From a virus: a stretch of 64,000 nt of DNA. The notes below the pieces were generated by a model, which had not been told where the DNA came from, searched no databases, and saw only the letters and a list, made by a program, of their open reading frames with translations. Of the stretch, positions 29,421 to 38,972 are shown in pieces. Location: the IMG/VR virus record IMGVR_UViG_3300025085_000010, positions 15,188 through 79,187 of that record; one strand, written 5' to 3'. A program made the translations under genes and the position numbers. Numbering within the stretch: the first letter of the stretch is position 1; each line of letters begins with the position of its first letter.

Positions 29421-30527
29421 ATGTCTCGTGGCAAAAAATTACAAGAAATGGAAGTAAAGACACAGCAATCCCGCACCGCTGTTAATGCTGGGGCAAAACC
29501 TGCCGATCCCATGCCTAAAATGGGAGATCCAGGTACTCAGTTAGCAGGTGTGGAGGATCTTGGTGGTCCTACCCCAGAAAACTACAAACCCGATGATGAT
29601 TCAGCTAAGCTGAAGACTCCAGGAGGAACCCTTAAGCAAGTTAAGGATGTAGTAACTAAAGGAGCAAAAGCTGCAGACCCCATGAAAGGTATGAAGGAAG
29701 AAGAAGAACTCTCCACCGAAGAGACCATCGAAGAGGAAGAAGTTTCCACTGAAGATGTTGTCGCTGAGGAAGAATCCGTAGAAAAAACTGCAGAATACGA
29801 CATCGAAGAGGACGTTAACGCTCTCCTCGGTGGCGAAGATCTCTCTGAAGAGTTCAAAAACAAAGCAAAAACCATCTTTGAAGCAGCAATTAATGCAAAG
29901 GTTGCTGAAGTCAAAGAAGGACTAGAAGCACAATACCAAGATAAGCTCGCTGAGGAAATCGAAGCAGCAAAAGAGTCACTCGCTGAACGTGTTGATTCTT
30001 ATCTTGAGTATGTTGCTGACGAGTGGTTTGAAGAAAACGCACTCGCAGTAGAAGCCGGTCTCAAGACTGAGATGACCGAATCATTCCTTGAAGGAATGAA
30101 GGGTCTTTTTGAAGAACATTATGTATCAATTCCTGAAGATAAGTATGATGTGCTTGAGAGCATGGTAGAAAAATTAGATGATATGGAGACAAAACTCAAC
30201 GAGCAAATTGAGAAGAATATCTCCCTCAACGGTCGTCTCTCAGAGGCAACTGCTGATGGAATCCTGGATCAAGTCTCTGAAGGTCTAGCGCAGACTCAGA
30301 AAGAGAAGCTCGCCTCACTTTCCGAAAGTGTAGAGTTTGAAAGTGAAGCACAATATCGTGAAAAGCTGGAAACACTCAAGGAGTCGTATTTCAACTCCAG
30401 GAAAGAGTCTTCCGCTGCTAAGACCGAAACCCTCTCTGAGGGTGTAGATCACTCTGGATCAGAGTCTCACTCTGATACCATGGCTGCATACCTGAGAACT
30501 CTCGGTTCTTTTAGCAAGAACAACTGA
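29421..30527 (+). CDS. gp22: Prohead scaffold/core protein gp22
   Basis: LSEEFKNKAKTIFEAA and VDSYLEYVADEW; E-rich; between gp21 and gp23. Confidence 0.93.
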   Translation: MSRGKKLQEMEVKTQQSRTAVNAGAKPADPMPKMGDPGTQLAGVEDLGGPTPENYKPDDDSAKLKTPGGTLKQVKDVVTKGAKAADPMKGMKEEEELSTEETIEEEEVSTEDVVAEEESVEKTAEYDIEEDVNALLGGEDLSEEFKNKAKTIFEAAINAKVAEVKEGLEAQYQDKLAEEIEAAKESLAERVDSYLEYVADEWFEENALAVEAGLKTEMTESFLEGMKGLFEEHYVSIPEDKYDVLESMVEKLDDMETKLNEQIEKNISLNGRLSEATADGILDQVSEGLAQTQKEKLASLSESVEFESEAQYREKLETLKESYFNSRKESSAAKTETLSEGVDHSGSESHSDTMAAYLRTLGSFSKNN

Positions 30528-30569
30528 ATTTAACATTAAATCAAACGTAAACATTACCCTTTAAAGCAA

Positions 30570-31964
30570 ATGTTCCAATCTGAACATCTGCAGGAAAAGT
30601 GGGCACCTCTCCTCAATCATGAGGGTCTTGATTCAATCAAAGACAATCACAAGAGAGCAGTGACCGCAGTCCTGTTAGAAAACCAAGAAAAATTCCTCCG
30701 TGAGCAATCCTCCTTCGAGCAAGGTGGAATGCTTACTGAGCAACCAACCAACCAAGTAGGAAACGGTGGATTCACCGGTTCCGCAACCGCAACAGGACCT
30801 GTTGCTGGTTTCGACCCCGTACTGATCTCCTTGATCAGACGCTCCATGCCTAACTTGGTCGCATATGACCTGGCTGGCGTCCAACCTATGAGTGGACCTA
30901 CTGGACTCATCTTCGCGATGCGTTCCCGCTACACCAACCAGTCTGGCACCGAAGCATTCTTCGATGAAGCAGATACCGCATTCTCTGGACAACCTAAGGG
31001 TCTTGATGATGCTAATGGTTTCAGTGGTGCTGCTGCTGGTTTAGGTACTACTTCACAGACAGGTACTAACCCTTCAGTCCTTAACCCAACCGGTAGTGCA
31101 GATAAGACTGCATACAACGTCGGTCAGGGTATGCGTACCGACTCCGCCGAATCACTCGACGGAACAGGTGCTAACGCATTCAACCAGATGGCATTCTCGA
31201 TCGAGAAAGTCACTGTAACCGCTAAGTCCAGAGCACTCAAAGCAGAGTACTCCTTGGAACTGGCACAAGACCTTAAGGCAATCCACGGTCTGAACGCTGA
31301 AGCAGAACTTGCTAACATCCTCTCTACTGAAATCCTTGCGGAAATCAACAGAGAAGTCATCAGAACCATCTATAAGGTTGCTGAACCAGGTGCTGCTGCT
31401 AACACCGCTACTGCTGGTGAGTTTGACCTGGACATCGACTCCAACGGACGTTGGTCTGTTGAGAAGTTCAAGGGTCTTCTTTTCCAAATCGAGAGAGATG
31501 CGAACGCAATCGCACAAAGAACTCGTCGCGGGAAGGGCAACATCATCATGTGTTCTGCTGACGTAGCGTCTGCACTGACCATGGCTGGTGTGCTCGATTA
31601 CACCCCTGCACTCAACGCTAACCTGAACGTTGATGACACCGGTAACACCTTCGCTGGTGTTCTCCAAGGTAAGTATCGTGTATACATCGATCCTTATTCG
31701 GCAAACGTCGCTGCTAACCAATACTACGTTGTTGGTTACAAAGGTTCTTCACCTTACGACGCAGGTATGTTCTACTGCCCATACGTTCCCCTTCAGATGG
31801 TTCGTGCCGTTGGCGAGAACAGCTTCCAACCAAAAATTGGATTCAAGACCCGCTACGGTATCATCGCAAACCCATTTGCACAGGGTACTTCCCAGGGATC
31901 TGGTGCTCTTACGAGCAACAGCAACCGCTACTACCGTCGCGTTACTGTCAAGAACCTTATGTGA
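30570..31964 (+). CDS. gp23: Major capsid protein gp23
   Basis: LISLIRRSMPNLVAYD, GVQPMSGPTGLIFAMR, SRALKAEYS, FYCPYVPL and FQPKIGFKTRYG. Confidence 0.99.
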   Translation: MFQSEHLQEKWAPLLNHEGLDSIKDNHKRAVTAVLLENQEKFLREQSSFEQGGMLTEQPTNQVGNGGFTGSATATGPVAGFDPVLISLIRRSMPNLVAYDLAGVQPMSGPTGLIFAMRSRYTNQSGTEAFFDEADTAFSGQPKGLDDANGFSGAAAGLGTTSQTGTNPSVLNPTGSADKTAYNVGQGMRTDSAESLDGTGANAFNQMAFSIEKVTVTAKSRALKAEYSLELAQDLKAIHGLNAEAELANILSTEILAEINREVIRTIYKVAEPGAAANTATAGEFDLDIDSNGRWSVEKFKGLLFQIERDANAIAQRTRRGKGNIIMCSADVASALTMAGVLDYTPALNANLNVDDTGNTFAGVLQGKYRVYIDPYSANVAANQYYVVGYKGSSPYDAGMFYCPYVPLQMVRAVGENSFQPKIGFKTRYGIIANPFAQGTSQGSGALTSNSNRYYRRVTVKNLM

Positions 31965-31987
31965 TCCATTTTCACAAGGTTATACTG

Positions 31988-32012
31988 GAGGGTCTTCGGA
32001 CCCTCTTTTTTT
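31988..32012 (+). terminator. Intrinsic terminator after gp23
   Basis: GAGGGTC-TTCG-GACCCTC stem with cUUCGg loop, followed by T7. Confidence 0.92.
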
Positions 32013-32014
32013 GT

Positions 32015-32021
32015 CTAAATA
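32015..32021 (+). promoter_or_regulatory. Late promoter (CTAAATA)
   Basis: Immediately after the gp23 terminator. Confidence 0.65.
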
Positions 32022-32043
32022 AGCATGTAGAGAACTAAGTAAG

Positions 32044-32256
32044 ATGCCTTTTCATATTAAAACCTCAAGCGTTTTGAATCCAACTATTGGTGATGTATAT
32101 TATAAGGGTGGTAATGCTTGGACCGATCTGTACGATGACAGAAAAGTCTATGTAAACGAAGCAGATGCTAATGCGGATAAAGCAACCACTGTTACCAAGA
32201 ATGGTGTAACTTACACTCCGAAGCATTTTGCCAACGCCACTATTGTTAGTGAATAA
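32044..32256 (+). CDS. Hypothetical protein
   Basis: 70 aa ORF under a late promoter, abutting gp3. Confidence 0.65.
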   Translation: MPFHIKTSSVLNPTIGDVYYKGGNAWTDLYDDRKVYVNEADANADKATTVTKNGVTYTPKHFANATIVSE

Positions 32257-32258
32257 TT

Positions 32259-32843
32259 ATGGCTGCTAGAGACGGTATATCTGACACTAGATTTGGAACT
32301 CCTATTTTAAATAGGAACTTTCTATCACCCACTGGATTTAAATTTGCTCTTAAGAGAAGTCCAGGGGTTGCTTTCTTCTGTAATCAGGCAAACATACCAT
32401 CTCTGGATCTTGGTATTGCAGTTCAACCATCTTACCTCAAGGACGTTGATGTCCCTGGAGATAAGATTCAGTTTGGAGATTTAACACTAAGATTCTTGGT
32501 TGATGAGGATCTTACAAACTATATGGAACTGCAAAAGTGGATCCGTGGACTTGGTTATCCAGAATCAGAAAAAGATATTAGAGATTTTCAAAGACTTGGA
32601 AGGGGTGATGTTGGTGGAGCATACACCAGAGAAGGATTAAACATCTATTCAGATGCTACACTACAAATCCTCAGCAATAACCTTGTTCCTAAATTTCAAG
32701 TTACTTTTAAAGATGTATTTCCATATACACTATCAACTGTTACTTTTGATGCAACTGATACAGATATCGAGTACTTTACAGCAGACGTAAGTTTCAAGTA
32801 TACTATCTATGATATAATAGATATGAGTGGCAATCCTTTATGA
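32259..32843 (+). CDS. gp3: Tail completion protein gp3
   Basis: NRNFLSPTGFKF, FFCNQANIP and LRFLVDEDLTNYMEL; gene order gp23-gp3-uvsY. Confidence 0.88.
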   Translation: MAARDGISDTRFGTPILNRNFLSPTGFKFALKRSPGVAFFCNQANIPSLDLGIAVQPSYLKDVDVPGDKIQFGDLTLRFLVDEDLTNYMELQKWIRGLGYPESEKDIRDFQRLGRGDVGGAYTREGLNIYSDATLQILSNNLVPKFQVTFKDVFPYTLSTVTFDATDTDIEYFTADVSFKYTIYDIIDMSGNPL

Positions 32844-33274
32844 TCGACCTTGATGCACTTCAAGGAATGTGGGAAAAAGATTCTAAGATTGATATGGATA
32901 ACCTCCATACAGAGTCCACAAATGTTCCCACCCTCCATGCGAAGTACTTTGAATTATATAATACCATCTTTCTTATGAGAAAGAAAGCAGAGCAACAAAG
33001 AAAGAATATCAGACACGAACGATATGAATACTTCAGTGGTAAAGCTGACCCTGATGTGTACATAGATAATCCTTTTCCCAAAAAAATTCGTGACAAAGAT
33101 ACGATGCAAAAGTATCTTGACGCTGACGAAAAATTGTCTACAGTATGTTTGAAAATAGACTACTATGATACGATGTTAGTATACATCGAAAGTATTCTAA
33201 AACAAATTACTAATCGCACATATCAAATCAAAAACGCAATAGAGTTTATGAGATTTAATTCAGGATTGGGATGA
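32840..33274 (+). CDS. uvsY: Recombination mediator UvsY
   Basis: WEKDSKID, LHAKY, YLDAD and RTYQIKNAIEF. Confidence 0.92.
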   Translation: MIDLDALQGMWEKDSKIDMDNLHTESTNVPTLHAKYFELYNTIFLMRKKAEQQRKNIRHERYEYFSGKADPDVYIDNPFPKKIRDKDTMQKYLDADEKLSTVCLKIDYYDTMLVYIESILKQITNRTYQIKNAIEFMRFNSGLG

Positions 33275-34377
33275 AAAAATTATCCATCATAGGTGCAGGA
33301 TCTGCTGGTTTACTCTCCGCAGTTCAAGGATATTATGCATTTGTTAATAGACCTGATTGGGAAGTAGAACTTATTCATGATCCTAATGTACCGCCAGAGA
33401 AGGTGGGGCAAGGAACTGTTCCTGGAATAATGAATTTATTATCTACAGTCTTTGATGTTGATTGGGCAGACAATCCATTTGAAGCCACGATAAAGCATGG
33501 AATTATGTATAAAAACTGGGGAAAGAAGAAAGACAAATTCTTTCATCCTTTTGGTATGGGTTATTCTGCAGCGCACTATGATGTAAATAAGTTTAGAGAG
33601 TTTATTCTTTCGTCAAACAAATTTAAAGTAATAGAAAAAAATATAAAAGATTATAATGATGTAGATTCGGATTACATTATTGATTGTTCTGGTAAACCAA
33701 CATCTTTCGATAACTATACCACGCTAACTAATCCGATTAACTCTGTATTGCTGGGTAGATCTGAAAAAGAAGATAACCTTCACTGGACAGATTGTGTTGC
33801 TACTCCAGATGGATGGTGTTTCAGAATTCCAAATATAGATTCTGTTTCTCATGGATATCTCTTCAATAAAGATATAACAACAGTAGAGCAAGCAAGAGAA
33901 AACTTTAGAGATATATTTGGAATTGATTCTACTGATAATTTAAATTTTTCAAATTACATATCCAATCAATTTATAATTGACGATAGAATTTTTTTAAATG
34001 GTAATAAATTAATGTTTATAGAACCTTTAGAAGCAAACTCAAATCCAGCATATGTACAGGCAACTAACAGATATTTGAGTTATATGTTAGGAGGAATGTC
34101 TAAGAAGCAAACGTATGATGAAATATTTTCGTACATAATTAAAATCCAAAATTATTTACTATGGTTGTATCAGTCTGGATCTAAATATAACACCCCTTTT
34201 TGGGACTATGCAACCTCATTAGAGTTTGATGATACTTTATTTGATGCATTAGTCAACGTGTGTAGCAATAGATCTATGGAATCTGTATGGTCTTTGATAG
34301 ATAATGAATCTGTTCCTGAAAAATATGGTCAGTGGGATTTATCAAGTTTCAAAACATGGATACAAAACACTAAATAA
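33271..34377 (+). CDS. Flavin-dependent tryptophan halogenase-like protein (PrnA family)
   Basis: GAGSAG FAD motif, VGQGT, ATIKHGI (catalytic Lys position), IDCSG, GWCFRIP and FIEPLEAN. Confidence 0.8.
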   Translation: MKKLSIIGAGSAGLLSAVQGYYAFVNRPDWEVELIHDPNVPPEKVGQGTVPGIMNLLSTVFDVDWADNPFEATIKHGIMYKNWGKKKDKFFHPFGMGYSAAHYDVNKFREFILSSNKFKVIEKNIKDYNDVDSDYIIDCSGKPTSFDNYTTLTNPINSVLLGRSEKEDNLHWTDCVATPDGWCFRIPNIDSVSHGYLFNKDITTVEQARENFRDIFGIDSTDNLNFSNYISNQFIIDDRIFLNGNKLMFIEPLEANSNPAYVQATNRYLSYMLGGMSKKQTYDEIFSYIIKIQNYLLWLYQSGSKYNTPFWDYATSLEFDDTLFDALVNVCSNRSMESVWSLIDNESVPEKYGQWDLSSFKTWIQNTK

Positions 34378-34381
34378 TCAG

Positions 34382-34567
34382 ATGGAAAACGAAGAGCAGT
34401 ATTATCAATTAGAACTGCCAATTCAAGCAGTTCGTATTATCCATACTGGGTTATCGCAGGCCTGTCAAAAATGGTCCGGTGGTCCTCCACATGAGCAAGA
34501 AGATTTATTTGCTATGCGTGATCACTTCTATAGAATCATGCTAGAACATAGGTTTAGCAATATGTAA
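34382..34567 (+). CDS. Hypothetical protein
   Basis: 61 aa from ATG 34382, just after CTAAATA at 34370-34376. Confidence 0.65.
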   Translation: MENEEQYYQLELPIQAVRIIHTGLSQACQKWSGGPPHEQEDLFAMRDHFYRIMLEHRFSNM

Positions 34568-34573
34568 TAAATA
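34567..34573 (+). promoter_or_regulatory. Late promoter (ATAAATA) for uvsW
   Basis: Motif upstream of uvsW, which is a late gene in T4. Confidence 0.6.
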
Positions 34574-34594
34574 TTCGTAGATGAATGGATCTAC

Positions 34595-36070
34595 GTGATT
34601 GACACTAGTGTAAATCTTGTTATATCAAAATCCAACGAAGTATTTCTTAAAATTAATACTGAACCTCATATAGAATATGAACTTAGAGATCACTTTAAGT
34701 TTGAGGTTCCTAATGCAAAATTTATGCCACAGTATCGTGGTAGAAACTGGAACGGAGAGATACATCTCTTTGATATGCGTTCCAAGCAAATCTATGTCGG
34801 TCTGTTAGATAAGATTGTATCTTTCTGTGAGAACTACGGATACAGTTACAAGTTTGAAGATAATAAATTCTACGGAACTCCTTATGAGGAGAATGAATTT
34901 ATTTCTTTTGAGGGAGTAAAGGATTATATAAAATCTATTTCGGTCCACGAGCCACGACAATACCAAGTCGAGGGAGTATTCGATGCTCTAAAACACAACC
35001 GAAGACTATTGATATCTCCCACTGCGTCAGGCAAATCTCTGATGATTTATTCATTAGCAAGATATTACGCTGAGCATGGGAAAAATATTCTGGTAGTTGT
35101 TCCCACGACCAGTCTGGTAGAGCAGATGTATAAGGACTTTGAGGAATATGGCTGGGACGTTGAGACCCACTGCCATAAAATCTATAGTGGTCGTGAGAAG
35201 AATGATACTCGTCCAATTGTCATAACAACATGGCAATCTATCTATAAGTTAGAAAGAAGTTGGTTTGAAAGATTTGAAGTTGTGATCGGTGATGAAGCAC
35301 ATTTATTCAAGTCTAAGTCACTAATACAGATCATGACCAAGTTGCATCATGCAAAGTATAGATTTGGATTTACTGGAACTTTAGATGGCACACAGACGCA
35401 CAAGTGGGTGTTAGAGGGACTGTTTGGACCATCATATAAAGTAACAAGAACTGATGAGTTGATGAGACAGGGACATTTATCTCAGTTAGATATTCAGTGC
35501 CTTGTTCTTAAACATGCGCCACAGACGTTTGAAACATACAACGATGAGATTGAATATCTTATCTCTCACGAACAACGTAATAGGTTTATTAAAAATCTTG
35601 CATTAGATCTAAAAGGCAATTCACTTATCCTTTATGCAAGAGTTGAAGCTCATGGACAGGTACTCTACGATCAGATAAATAAAGACAAGCGAGATGACCG
35701 TAAGGTATTTTTTGTACATGGTGGCATAGATGCAGAAGAGAGGGAATTAGTAAGAGAGATTACAGAACGAGAAAACAACGCTATCATCGTTGCCTCCTAT
35801 GGAACTTTTAGTACAGGTATCAATATTAAAAAACTCCATAATGTTATCTTTGCCTCTCCAAGTAAGTCCAGAATCCGCAATCTTCAAAGTATTGGACGAG
35901 TTCTTAGAAAAGGAAAAGATAAAGTAAAAGCAACTCTGTATGATATATCAGATGATTGCTCTACAAAAAACAGAAGAAACTACACACTCAATCATTTTAT
36001 AGAAAGAATTAAAACATATAATGAAGAAAACTTTAACTATGAAATAATCACTATTCAATTAAAGATATGA
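34595..36070 (+). CDS. uvsW: RNA-DNA/DNA helicase UvsW
   Basis: SPTASGKS, GDEAH, GFTGT and LQSIGRVLR SF2 motifs. Confidence 0.96.
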   Translation: MIDTSVNLVISKSNEVFLKINTEPHIEYELRDHFKFEVPNAKFMPQYRGRNWNGEIHLFDMRSKQIYVGLLDKIVSFCENYGYSYKFEDNKFYGTPYEENEFISFEGVKDYIKSISVHEPRQYQVEGVFDALKHNRRLLISPTASGKSLMIYSLARYYAEHGKNILVVVPTTSLVEQMYKDFEEYGWDVETHCHKIYSGREKNDTRPIVITTWQSIYKLERSWFERFEVVIGDEAHLFKSKSLIQIMTKLHHAKYRFGFTGTLDGTQTHKWVLEGLFGPSYKVTRTDELMRQGHLSQLDIQCLVLKHAPQTFETYNDEIEYLISHEQRNRFIKNLALDLKGNSLILYARVEAHGQVLYDQINKDKRDDRKVFFVHGGIDAEERELVREITERENNAIIVASYGTFSTGINIKKLHNVIFASPSKSRIRNLQSIGRVLRKGKDKVKATLYDISDDCSTKNRRNYTLNHFIERIKTYNEENFNYEIITIQLKI

Positions 36071-36471
36071 TAGAAGACGATTTTTACTGCACAGTTAAAT
36101 TAAAATCAGGTGAAGAAATCTTTGCCAAAATAGCTGCTTCCGAAGAGGAGGATAGAACCATGCTTTTGGTTTCTCATCCTATCATCGTAAATGAAATTAA
36201 AGGAAGAATGGGAGTAGTAGGATACAAAATTGAACCATGGTTAAAGACAACCACTGATGATATGTTTATTGTTAATCTATCTGACGTACTTACTCTATCA
36301 GAATCATCTGATATTGATATGATTATGATGTACCAAGATTACATTCGATCATCTGAATCTAATAAAAACTCAACAAATCAATCAATCATCGATCGTAAGA
36401 TGGGTCGTCTAGGAAATGTAAATGATGTAAAAGAAATCCTAGAGAAGATCTATAACAAAACTCAAGAGTAA
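36067..36471 (+). CDS. Conserved hypothetical protein (Sm-like beta fold likely)
   Basis: VKLKSGEEIFAK pattern; between uvsW and gp55. Confidence 0.7.
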   Translation: MIEDDFYCTVKLKSGEEIFAKIAASEEEDRTMLLVSHPIIVNEIKGRMGVVGYKIEPWLKTTTDDMFIVNLSDVLTLSESSDIDMIMMYQDYIRSSESNKNSTNQSIIDRKMGRLGNVNDVKEILEKIYNKTQE

Positions 36472-36501
36472 TATAGCCTCCTTATCAAACCCCACAAAGG
36501 T

Positions 36502-36529
36502 ATTCTATCTGGTATTTGAAATGTGTCAA
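36502..36529 (-). promoter_or_regulatory. Sigma70-type promoter on the minus strand, divergent from gp55
   Basis: Reverse complement reads TTGACA-N16-TAGAAT. Confidence 0.5.
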
Positions 36530-36535
36530 GTCCTC

Positions 36536-36564
36536 TTGTCACTTTGGCACTAAGGTGATATAAT
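36536..36564 (+). promoter_or_regulatory. Sigma70-type promoter for gp55
   Basis: TTGTCA-N17-TATAAT with extended -10 TG. Confidence 0.7.
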
Positions 36565-36588
36565 CTATACATATTATGAGATAAACTT

Positions 36589-37122
36589 ATGATACCAAAT
36601 ATGACCAAACGAAAAAGGTCTGAACACTACGTTAACAATAAGGAATTTCTCGCCGCACTGATTGAATATCGTAATGATGTTGAAAATGCATTCATTAAGA
36701 AGTATGGTAGAATTCCTGAGAAAGCTGATCGTGCTACAAGATGGGATACAAAACCACCAATTCCACGCTATATTGGTGAGTGTTTCTTGAAGATTGCAAA
36801 TCATCTATCATTCAAACCAAACTTCGTCAACTACATGTTCAAAGAGGACATGATCTCTGACGGAATTGAGAACTGTGTTCAGTACATACATAACTTTAAC
36901 CCAGAGAAATCCCAGAATCCCTTTGCGTATTTCACTCAGATTATTCATTACGCTTTTCTGCGTCGTATTCAGCGAGAGAAAAGACAGTTAGAAATCAAGA
37001 ATAAGATTATTGAAAAGTCTGGGTACAGTGAGGTGTTTGATGATAACAATACCCTTGACGGATCAAACTATTCCGACTACAATCAAATCAAAGATAACGT
37101 TCATTCCAAACTGCGTGGTTAA
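36589..37122 (+). CDS. gp55: Late-transcription sigma factor gp55
   Basis: HYVNNKEFL, YIGECFLKIANHLS, DMISDGIENC and NPFAYFTQII. Confidence 0.96.
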   Translation: MIPNMTKRKRSEHYVNNKEFLAALIEYRNDVENAFIKKYGRIPEKADRATRWDTKPPIPRYIGECFLKIANHLSFKPNFVNYMFKEDMISDGIENCVQYIHNFNPEKSQNPFAYFTQIIHYAFLRRIQREKRQLEIKNKIIEKSGYSEVFDDNNTLDGSNYSDYNQIKDNVHSKLRG

Positions 37123-37664
37123 TGAAAGTAAGGTCTTACTGCGACGTTGTAGTTGGTAATTACCCTGATGCAAAAAGTTTTGCTGAAGAATTAAAACCAA
37201 TACTAGAAAACGAAACAATCACAGTAGGACATACTAATGTCAAAGCTACGATTCATACCGTTTGGAATTATCTACCAGATCACCCTGAGGTGATAAATTT
37301 TAAAAAATTTATTACTAAAGAAGTTGATAAACATTTTAATCCTCTAGGAATAGAAGGAGAGAAAGCAAATGTTGTTCAAAATGAATTTTGGGGAAATGTA
37401 TACACTAAAGGTGATTATGCACAATCCCATCATCACATTCCAAATTCAATTTCTTTAGTATATTTTTTAAAGGCAAAATGGTACGATTCTCCACTCGTCT
37501 TTTCTGATTTCAACGAAAAGGTAGAACCAGAAGAAGGTAAATATGTTTTGTTTCCTTCTCACATTCATCATCATGTTCCAATACATAAGTTTGAACACAA
37601 AAGAATAACGTTGTCCTCAAACTTTGTAATTTGTATGCCTCACCTTTCTCATCTTTACGAATGA
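37122..37664 (+). CDS. 2OG-Fe(II) oxygenase-like protein
   Basis: WGNVYTKGDYAQSHHH, LFPSHIHHHV and RITLSSN. Confidence 0.8.
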   Translation: MKVRSYCDVVVGNYPDAKSFAEELKPILENETITVGHTNVKATIHTVWNYLPDHPEVINFKKFITKEVDKHFNPLGIEGEKANVVQNEFWGNVYTKGDYAQSHHHIPNSISLVYFLKAKWYDSPLVFSDFNEKVEPEEGKYVLFPSHIHHHVPIHKFEHKRITLSSNFVICMPHLSHLYE

Positions 37665-38698
37665 AAATTGCAATCATCACCGATCAACACTTTGGGGCTC
37701 GTAAGAATTCAAAGTTGTTTCATGATTACTTTCTAAAGTTTTATAATGATGTCTTTTTTCCATATCTAGAAGAGAATGGCATCACTACCATCGTTGATAT
37801 GGGTGATACTTTTGACAGTCGTAAAGGTATTGATTTTTCTGCTCTAGCATGGGCAAAAGATAATTATTATGATCGCCTTAAAAGTATGGGCATTAAAATC
37901 CATACTATTGTAGGTAATCATACAGCATATTACAAAAATACTAATGAAGTAAATGCAGTTGATCTTCTGCTTCGTGAATATAGTAATGTAATTGTTTACT
38001 CTGAAACTGTTGAAGTTAAACTGGATAAACTGAAGGTATTGTTTATTCCGTGGATCAATAAAGAAAATGAAGAAAGCACTTTTAAACTCATTAAAGGTTC
38101 AACTTGCAAGTGTGCGATGGGGCACCTTGAGCTCAACGGATTTAGAGCTCATAGAGGGTGCGTCATGGATCATGGTCATGCAAGCGAACTATATTCAGAG
38201 TTCGAGAAGGTCTTCTCCGGTCACTATCACACTCGATCGGATGATGGACGAATCTATTACTTGGGCAATCCCTATGAGATGTTCTGGAACGATGTCGATG
38301 ATCGGAGAGGATTCTCCATCTTTGATACAGAAACTCTTGAACATTTTCACGTAGATAATCCTTATCGCATCTTCTACAATATCTACTACGAAGATACTCC
38401 ACATCAACTCTTTGATGCGAGTGAGTATGAAAATAAAATTGTAAAGGTTATTGTTCGCAAAAAAACTAATACAAAGAACTTTGAGAAGTTTGTTGATAAA
38501 ATTACTGATGTAGCTGCAGATATTAAAATTGTAGAAAACTTTGATTTAAACGATCCTGAAGAGTTTGAAGTTTTTGAATCTGAAGATACTATCTCTATTT
38601 TGAATAGGTACATCGAGGAGGCAGAAATTGAACTTGATAAGTCTAGAGTACAAAATATTATGAGACAAACTTATCAAGAGGCATGTGAGTTGATTTGA
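37661..38698 (+). CDS. gp47: Recombination endonuclease subunit gp47 (Mre11/SbcD-like)
   Basis: ITDQHFG, GDTFD, VGNH and SGHYH phosphoesterase motifs; start at ATG 37661. Confidence 0.95.
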   Translation: MKIAIITDQHFGARKNSKLFHDYFLKFYNDVFFPYLEENGITTIVDMGDTFDSRKGIDFSALAWAKDNYYDRLKSMGIKIHTIVGNHTAYYKNTNEVNAVDLLLREYSNVIVYSETVEVKLDKLKVLFIPWINKENEESTFKLIKGSTCKCAMGHLELNGFRAHRGCVMDHGHASELYSEFEKVFSGHYHTRSDDGRIYYLGNPYEMFWNDVDDRRGFSIFDTETLEHFHVDNPYRIFYNIYYEDTPHQLFDASEYENKIVKVIVRKKTNTKNFEKFVDKITDVAADIKIVENFDLNDPEEFEVFESEDTISILNRYIEEAEIELDKSRVQNIMRQTYQEACELI

Positions 38699-38699
38699 G

Positions 38700-38972
38700 A
38701 TGTATATTTTAACAATTTATGGAAAAGAAACGGATGGCGCATATTCGGTAACTGATGAGGAAGGTGATCAAATTTTATATTTGTTCAAAGGCGAAGACGA
38801 TGCGATGAGGTATGCTATGATGTTGGAGGACGGTGGAAGTCCAGAAATGCATGTCATAGAAATTGAAGATGATATAATGATTAAAACTTGCGAGTTGCAT
38901 GACTATAAGTATGCAATCATAACTGAAAACGATCTTGTAATTCCTCCCGAAACTACACATGATTTTATTTGA
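38700..38972 (+). CDS. Conserved hypothetical protein
   Basis: 90 aa ORF tightly packed between gp47 and gp46. Confidence 0.7.
   Translation: MYILTIYGKETDGAYSVTDEEGDQILYLFKGEDDAMRYAMMLEDGGSPEMHVIEIEDDIMIKTCELHDYKYAIITENDLVIPPETTHDFI

Noticed and set aside
30647-32022. Several long antisense and alternate-frame ORFs over gp23 (e.g. 31152-31721 minus, 189 aa)
   Set aside because: Shadow ORFs produced by the strong codon bias of a highly expressed gene; no RBS and no recognisable motifs.
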